Source: Thermoproteota archaeon (GTDB taxonomy: Archaea; Korarchaeota; Korarchaeia; Korarchaeales; Korarchaeaceae). Taken from it: 64,000 nt of DNA. The position numbers were made by a program, and so were the translations under genes. Below are positions 58,310 to 64,000 of this stretch, one piece after another. The number at the start of each line of letters is the position of its first letter. Positions within the stretch are counted from its first letter, which is position 1. The notes under the pieces were generated by a model. The model was not told the DNA's origin and ran no database searches. It saw only the letters and a program-made list of their open reading frames with translations. The stretch is from the NCBI GenBank assembly GCA_027492205.1, contig JAOZFN010000010.1, forward strand, positions 61,924-125,923, written 5' to 3'.

Positions 58310-59527
58310 ATGACCTCTGACGTCAGGAGGCTGCTCGAGGCCCACGGGAGGGCGGAGCGAGAGGTCTACATGGACAACGAGAACTCCGGACAGGTTCCGC
58401 CAGAGGTCGTAGAAGCCATGCTGCCGTACTTCAACCAGGTTGGGTACGGCCACCCGTCCATCACCAACAGGCCGGGCTGGGAGGCCTTCGAGGTGGTTCA
58501 GGAGACCGCCGAGGCAGTGGCCAGGACCATAGGCGCTGACCCCGAGGACGTCCACTTCACCCACAGCGGCACGGAGGCCAACAACCTCGCAATCCTCGGA
58601 GTCGCGAGGGCGAACCGCTCGAGGGGGAGGAAGATAGTCGTGTCCGCGGTGGAGCACCTCAGCGTGATACTGCCGGCGGAGTCGCTCGAGGACGCCGGCT
58701 TCAAGGTCGTCAGGGCCCCGGTCGACGAGGAGGGCTTCGTGGATCAGGACGTCCTGGCCGAGCTGGTGGACAGGGAGACCGTGCTGGTGTCCGTTCAAAC
58801 GGTCAACCACGAGATCGGCACCATCCAGAGGGTGAGGGGGCTGTCTGAGGTCGTGAGGGACAAGAACGCAGACGTCATATTCCACACGGACGCGTGCGAC
58901 GCCTACGGCAGGGTCAGGATTGACGCGGACGCCATGGGCGTCGACATGATAACCCTGAGCTCCCACAAGATACTCGGTCCCAAGGGCGTGGGCGTCCTGT
59001 ACGTGGCGGACGGGGTGAGGGTCGAGCCCGTCCTCAGGGGCGCCTTGAGTTCACAGCCCCTCTGGCCGGGGGTGGAGAACGTCCCGGCCATGGCTGGGTT
59101 CAAGAGGGCGATAGAGCTCGCCTTCGAGGACTTCGACGGGGCCAACGGGAGGGTAAGTGGGCTCAGGGATCGCCTCATGGACTCCATACTGGATCGGGTG
59201 CCAGACGCCCTCCTCAACGGGCCTCGAGGAGAGGAGCGAGTCTCAGACAACCTGAACGTGAGCTTCCTTCACGTCGAGGGCGAGGCACTGACCGTCGAGC
59301 TCAGCATGCGAGGGGTCTACGTGTCCAGCGGGAGCGCGTGCACCAGCCGGATCCTAGAGCCCAGCCACGTCATGCTGGCCATAGGGAGGAGATACGAGGA
59401 GGCCCACGGGAGCATCCTGTTCAGGCTCACCCGGTACCACACCCGAGACGACGTAGACTACGTGGCCAGGCAGGTCCCCGAGGCCGTGGAGAGGCTTAGA
59501 CGGATCAGCCCTCTGGGCAAGGGGTAA
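58310..59527 (+). CDS. iscS: Cysteine desulfurase, group I
   Basis: SGTEANN, HTDA, SSHK..GPKG, SSGSAC, PSHV. Confidence 0.93.
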   Translation: MTSDVRRLLEAHGRAEREVYMDNENSGQVPPEVVEAMLPYFNQVGYGHPSITNRPGWEAFEVVQETAEAVARTIGADPEDVHFTHSGTEANNLAILGVARANRSRGRKIVVSAVEHLSVILPAESLEDAGFKVVRAPVDEEGFVDQDVLAELVDRETVLVSVQTVNHEIGTIQRVRGLSEVVRDKNADVIFHTDACDAYGRVRIDADAMGVDMITLSSHKILGPKGVGVLYVADGVRVEPVLRGALSSQPLWPGVENVPAMAGFKRAIELAFEDFDGANGRVSGLRDRLMDSILDRVPDALLNGPRGEERVSDNLNVSFLHVEGEALTVELSMRGVYVSSGSACTSRILEPSHVMLAIGRRYEEAHGSILFRLTRYHTRDDVDYVARQVPEAVERLRRISPLGKG

Positions 59528-59566
59528 ATACCCTCCCTGATTACCTACGTTATAGGAGGGTCGATA

Positions 59567-60073
59567 ATGAGCACGAGGGTTCCGCTGCCATACACGCCAA
59601 AGGTGCTCGAGCTCTTCAGGAATCCGAAGAACCTCGGCAAGATGGAGAACCCAGACGCCGCCGCCCAAGCTGGAAGCCCCGCGTGCGGCGACGTAATCAG
59701 CCTCTACCTCAGGATAGCTCGGGGGGACCGCGTGGAGGTAATCGAGGATGCCAAGTTCGAGAGCTACGGGTGCGCCGCGAACGTAGCGGCGGCCAGCATG
59801 CTGACGGAGATGATCAAGGGCAAGACGTTGAGGGAGGCGTGGGAGGTGGAGTGGCAGGAGGTCGCCGAGGCCCTGGGGGGCCTGCCGCCCGTCAAGAGGC
59901 ACTGCAGCATCCTGGCAGTTGGGGCCCTGAGGAGGGCCATAAGGGCATACTACGAGCACAGGGATCGAAAGCCGGACTGGCTGCCCGAGGAACTCACGAT
60001 GGCCGAGAAGCAGGCCCTGGAAGAGGAGGAACTCATTGAGAGGATGTACGGTGGTAGGCTTGGTCGAGGCTGA
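59567..60073 (+). CDS. iscU: Fe-S scaffold IscU/NifU-N
   Basis: PKN.G, PACGD, YGC, LPPVKRHC. Confidence 0.93.
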   Translation: MSTRVPLPYTPKVLELFRNPKNLGKMENPDAAAQAGSPACGDVISLYLRIARGDRVEVIEDAKFESYGCAANVAAASMLTEMIKGKTLREAWEVEWQEVAEALGGLPPVKRHCSILAVGALRRAIRAYYEHRDRKPDWLPEELTMAEKQALEEEELIERMYGGRLGRG

Positions 60074-60359
60074 GGGAGGAGGCGGCCGAGGCGATCGGGG
60101 GGAGGTCGCGGCAGGAGACTACTCGGTGGTGGCCGAGCTGGACATATCCGGGAGGTCGAAGAAGTGCGTCGAGTCCCCCCTGATCTCCCTCACCAGGGCG
60201 ATGTCGGCCCTCCGACCGGGTGAGGCCGTGCTCGTGAGGTTCGACCCGGAGAGGACCCCAGCCAGGGCCATTCGTCTGATGGCGACCAAGAGGCGTCTGG
60301 GATTTGCTCTTCTGAGCACGGGAGAAGTTTACTCCTGCCTCATCTACTCTCCGCGGTGA
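60060..60359 (+). CDS. TusA/SirA-like sulfur carrier
   Basis: ELDI.G...C..P.I...RA...L.PGE; follows iscU. Confidence 0.65.
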   Translation: MVEAEGGGGRGDRGEVAAGDYSVVAELDISGRSKKCVESPLISLTRAMSALRPGEAVLVRFDPERTPARAIRLMATKRRLGFALLSTGEVYSCLIYSPR

Positions 60360-60465
60360 TAACCGGTGGTGAGCCGGGCCCTCTCTGAGGAAATCATATT
60401 ATATGGCCGGCGATGGCCGCTCCTTCGGTGTCGGGGAATTGATGGGGTTCATACTGGAGGGGGCA

Positions 60466-60810
60466 GTGTGGAAGGGTACGGCCATATTCGGCAGCATAGG
60501 GCCCACCGAGATCATCCTGCTGCTCATCCTGGCCCTGATACTCCTCGGGCCCAGCAAGTTGCCTGAACTCGCCAGGAGCCTCGGCCAGGCCATTAACGAG
60601 TTCAAGAGGGCCACATCCCAGGCCATGGAGACCTCCCCAGCGACCCCCGCTCCGGCTCAGGCTCAGGTGCAGGAGGTCGCCCCCGCGAAGCGGGAGAAGA
60701 GCGTCAGGGAGCTGGCCAGGGAACTCGGCATCGACACCACTGGCAAGACGGACGAGGAGATTGAGAAGGAGATCATAGCCCTCGTGAAGAAGAGGGAGTC
60801 GTCTGAGTAG
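60466..60810 (+). CDS. tatA: Twin-arginine translocase TatA/E
   Basis: IG.TEI.L.L..ALILLGPSKLPELARSLG.AI.EFK. Confidence 0.92.
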   Translation: MWKGTAIFGSIGPTEIILLLILALILLGPSKLPELARSLGQAINEFKRATSQAMETSPATPAPAQAQVQEVAPAKREKSVRELARELGIDTTGKTDEEIEKEIIALVKKRESSE

Positions 60811-60896
60811 GGCAGGCAGGGCCGGGAGGGCCTGGATGGCCCCTCAGATGGGGGCTGACCGCCTGATTTTTACCTCTCCCCTCTGCGTGGGGAGGG

Positions 60897-62138
60897 GTGT
60901 TCAGCCTGCTCGACGTTGAGAAGATTCGGGAAGATTTTCCGATACTCTCGAGGGTGATCTCAGGTCGGAGGCTGGTCTACTTCGACAACGCGGCCACTAC
61001 CCAGAGGCCCCGCCAGGCCATCGAGGCCGTGAGGGGGTTCTACGAGGAGCACAACGCCAACGTTCACAGGGGGCTCCACACGCTCAGTCAGGAGGCCTCC
61101 GAGCTCTACGAGGAGGCCCACGAGATCCTTGCGAAGTTCATAGGGGCCTCCGGGATGGAGGAGGTCGCCTTCCTGGCGGGAACGACCGACGCGCTCAACG
61201 CCGTCGCCGACGGCTGGGCGTGTAGAAACCTGGGTCCAGACGACAGGATAGTGACCACTGTGCTTGAGCACCACAGCAACATGCTCCCCTGGAGGAGGGC
61301 GGCCCAGAGGACCGGCGCCGAGCTCGTCTACGTCGACGTCACGGAAGGCGGGCTGCTCAGGTGGGACCAGCTCGAGAACGCGATCAACGAGAGGACCCGG
61401 CTTGTCGCGATAACCGGGATGTCCAACGTGACGGGCCAGATCGTGGACGTGGCCGAGGTGGCCAAGCTGGCCCACGAGGTCGACGCCGTCTTGGTGGTGG
61501 ACGGGGCCCAGGCGGTGCCCCACATGCCCGTGAACGTCCGCCAGGCCGGGATAGATTTCCTGGCCTTCTCGGGGCACAAGATGCTTGGTCCCACTGGGAT
61601 AGGGGTCCTCTACGGTAGGCGGGACCTCCTGGAGCGCATGGACCCTCCGAGGGTCGGCGGGGGAATGATCAGGGACGTCACGCTTGACGGGGCCGAGTGG
61701 GCCGACCTACCCTGGAGGCTCGAAGCGGGCACGCCCCACATCGCCGGCGCCGTGGGGCTCGCCGAGGCGGCGAAGTACCTCATGGACCTCGGGATGGAGG
61801 CGGTCAGGGAGCACGAGAAGAGGCTCACGGAGCTTGCGCTGAGGCTCATTGAGGACAGGCTCCCCGAGGAGGTCGAGGTCTATGGGCCTAGGGACGTTGA
61901 GGAGAGGGGAGGGATAGTTACCCTCAACGTCAGGGGCCTCGACCCCCACATGACGGCCTCCCTGCTGGACGCCTTCGGGATAGCGGTCAGGTCGGGGCTA
62001 CACTGCGCCCACCCGCTGCACCGGAGGATCGGCGCGGCGGAGGGCACCGTGAGGGCGAGCTTCTACGTGTACAACACGGAGGAGGAGGTAAGGACGTTTG
62101 TGGACGCATTGGTCGAGATAGCCGAAACGGCGAAGTGA
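60897..62138 (+). CDS. sufS: Cysteine desulfurase, group II
   Basis: REDFPIL, YFDNAAT, EHHSN, SGHKM.GP, RSGLHCA, RASFY.YN. Confidence 0.95.
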   Translation: MFSLLDVEKIREDFPILSRVISGRRLVYFDNAATTQRPRQAIEAVRGFYEEHNANVHRGLHTLSQEASELYEEAHEILAKFIGASGMEEVAFLAGTTDALNAVADGWACRNLGPDDRIVTTVLEHHSNMLPWRRAAQRTGAELVYVDVTEGGLLRWDQLENAINERTRLVAITGMSNVTGQIVDVAEVAKLAHEVDAVLVVDGAQAVPHMPVNVRQAGIDFLAFSGHKMLGPTGIGVLYGRRDLLERMDPPRVGGGMIRDVTLDGAEWADLPWRLEAGTPHIAGAVGLAEAAKYLMDLGMEAVREHEKRLTELALRLIEDRLPEEVEVYGPRDVEERGGIVTLNVRGLDPHMTASLLDAFGIAVRSGLHCAHPLHRRIGAAEGTVRASFYVYNTEEEVRTFVDALVEIAETAK

Positions 62139-62327
62139 CGACCGATTTCCCCGAGGATCCGCCCGCGGTGGACTCCCCGAAGCGTGGTGACGTGAAATCA
62201 CAAGCCCCCAGGGGGGCATAAGGGCAAAACTATCACCAACTTCCTCTCACAGGCGGTCGCTCGGACCTGAAGTGGCGGATCAATCCATAAAATGGTCCGA
62301 TGTTTCTCCTAAGCCTGAGGCGGACAG

Positions 62328-64000
62328 ATGGCGGAGGATCAGCCGACCCCGGAACGCCCCCAGGTTGACAGGGTCATCAAGAGGGATGGCAGGGAAGTCC
62401 CGTTTGACGTCCACAGAATTCGACGCGCCATAACCCGGGCAATGCGCGAGGTGAATCAGTACGACGAGAAGAAGCTCAGTCAGGTCGTCGACTACGTGGT
62501 CCAAGTCATCAACGAGAGCTACAACAGGGAGACCCCGCCCCACGTGGAGGACATCCAGGACATCATAGAGTACTCACTCGTGAAGCACGGCCTCTTCCAG
62601 GTGGCCAAGGCGTACATCCTCTACCGCAAGGAGAGGGAGAGGATCAGGAAGGAGAAGATGGCCATCCTAGGGAAGGAGTACGCCGACGAGGTCGACAAGA
62701 GGCTCTCCCTCAACGCGATCAGGCTCCTCGCCTCGAGGTACCTGATGAAGGACGAGGAGGGCCGCCTTATCGAGGACCCCAAGGGCATGTTCGTCAGGGT
62801 CGCGGCCCTCGTGGTCATCCCCGACTTACTGTACGACCCCAGGGTCTACGACAAGACGGGGGGGCAGCCGGTCCACCCGCGCGAGGACTTCGACCCCGAG
62901 GAGTGGGAGGGCAGGGTCGGCCTCGCGGGAATTGGGGGGCCGGAGTTCGCGTGGAACCTCTACCACTTGGAGAGGATGAAGGCGCTGTACGACGAGCTGA
63001 ACTCCCAGGGCAAGATGAGGGTTTCCTGGTCCAGGCTCTGGGACATGATCCTCGCTGGAGAGTTCGACGACCACTACTGGGACTTCCTCGAGTACTACCG
63101 GCTCATGGCGGAGCTGAGGTTCCTGCCCAACTCCCCGACCCTGTTCAACGCGGGAACGAGGCTGGGTCAGCTATCGGCCTGCTTCGTCCTAGACATGGAG
63201 GACAGCCTCGACTCCATCATGAAGGCCGCCGTGGACGCCTCCAAGATATTCCAGAGCGGAGGCGGGATAGGGATCAACTACTCAAAGCTCAGGCCCGAGG
63301 GCGACATAGTCCGCTCGACCAACGGCAGGGCCAGCGGCCCGGTCTCCTTCATGAGGATAATCGACGTTATCACCGACGTCGTTAAGCAGGGAGGGCGCAG
63401 GAGAGGCGCCAACATGGGGATACTGGAGGTCTGGCACCCCGACATCTGGAAGTTCATCGAGTGCAAGGGCAAGCCCGGCCAGTACGAGAACTTCAACATC
63501 TCGGTCATGATCACAGGTGACTTCTGGGAGGCTTACGAGAGGGATGAGCCCTATCCGCTGATCAACCCACGGAACGGCGAGGTCTGGGGGACCGCCAATC
63601 CAAGGGAACTCTTCAGGAAGATAGCCGAGCTGGCCTGGAAGACCGGGGACCCGGGGGTCCTGTTCGCCGACAACATTAACAAAAGAAATGTACTCAAATC
63701 CGCACTAGGTGAAATAAAATCCACAAACCCCTGCGGGGAGGAGCCTCTATATCCTTATGAGTCCTGCAACCTAGGAAGCATCAACCTCTACGCCTACGTG
63801 AGGATAGACGAAGACACCGGCGCCGCCGAGTTCGACTGGGAGGCCTACGCGAGGGACATCAGGCTGGCCCTCCACTTCTTGGACAACGTGATAGACGTGA
63901 ACAAGTTCCCGCTCCCGGAGATAGAGAGGCAGACCAAGCTCACAAGGAAGGTCGGGCTGGGCCTGATGGGCCTAGCTGACGTGCTCTTCGCCCTCGGGAT
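62328..64000 (+). CDS. nrdJ: Class II (AdoCbl-dependent) ribonucleotide reductase with ATP-cone, partial
   Basis: Manual translation: VIKRDG ATP-cone, PNSPTL.NAG, QLSACFV, QGGRRRGANM, TNPCGE, SCNLGSIN, R.VGLG.MG; open to window end. Confidence 0.95.
   Translation, partial: MAEDQPTPERPQVDRVIKRDGREVPFDVHRIRRAITRAMREVNQYDEKKLSQVVDYVVQVINESYNRETPPHVEDIQDIIEYSLVKHGLFQVAKAYILYRKERERIRKEKMAILGKEYADEVDKRLSLNAIRLLASRYLMKDEEGRLIEDPKGMFVRVAALVVIPDLLYDPRVYDKTGGQPVHPREDFDPEEWEGRVGLAGIGGPEFAWNLYHLERMKALYDELNSQGKMRVSWSRLWDMILAGEFDDHYWDFLEYYRLMAELRFLPNSPTLFNAGTRLGQLSACFVLDMEDSLDSIMKAAVDASKIFQSGGGIGINYSKLRPEGDIVRSTNGRASGPVSFMRIIDVITDVVKQGGRRRGANMGILEVWHPDIWKFIECKGKPGQYENFNISVMITGDFWEAYERDEPYPLINPRNGEVWGTANPRELFRKIAELAWKTGDPGVLFADNINKRNVLKSALGEIKSTNPCGEEPLYPYESCNLGSINLYAYVRIDEDTGAAEFDWEAYARDIRLALHFLDNVIDVNKFPLPEIERQTKLTRKVGLGLMGLADVLFALG

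Noticed and set aside
62140-62327. Cobalamin riboswitch or NrdR box upstream of nrdJ
   Set aside because: No recognisable B12-box or NrdR consensus
1-64000. tRNA, rRNA, CRISPR array, transposase or integrase
   Set aside because: None recognised by eye; tRNAscan-SE and Infernal would be needed to exclude short or split RNAs

Overview
A gene-dense, high-GC (about two-thirds by eye) window from an archaeon, judged from TATA/BRE-type promoters, GGAGGTG RBSs, and presenilin, KaiC, V4R and Lrp genes. A longin domain and Rab-like GTPases point to an Asgard- or TACK-type lineage; I cannot assign the taxon from sequence alone. Most of the window is metabolism and transport: MFS, APC, DMT and ZIP transporters, Zn/Mn and nucleoside ABC systems, pyrG, acs, a glnA-like gene, a CopB-type ATPase, iscS-iscU-tusA-tatA-sufS and a class II RNR that runs off the end. 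The main novelty candidate is a three-gene operon at 2.1-3.9 kb: a 7-TM membrane protein hidden by a 1-nt frameshift in a C9 tract, a longin-domain protein, and a Rab-like small GTPase ending in CVNI. It resembles a receptor-adaptor/GEF-GTPase signalling module. Other points of interest: a divergent secreted legumain/caspase-fold protease with Ca-binding repeats; a second Rab-like GTPase locus; a decaying toxin-antitoxin island (42-47 kb); a copper locus running into Fe-S assembly genes; and an AT-rich synonymous patch at an empty intein site in nrdJ. I saw no tRNA, rRNA, CRISPR array or transposase. Family calls are from motif recognition by eye, not database searches.
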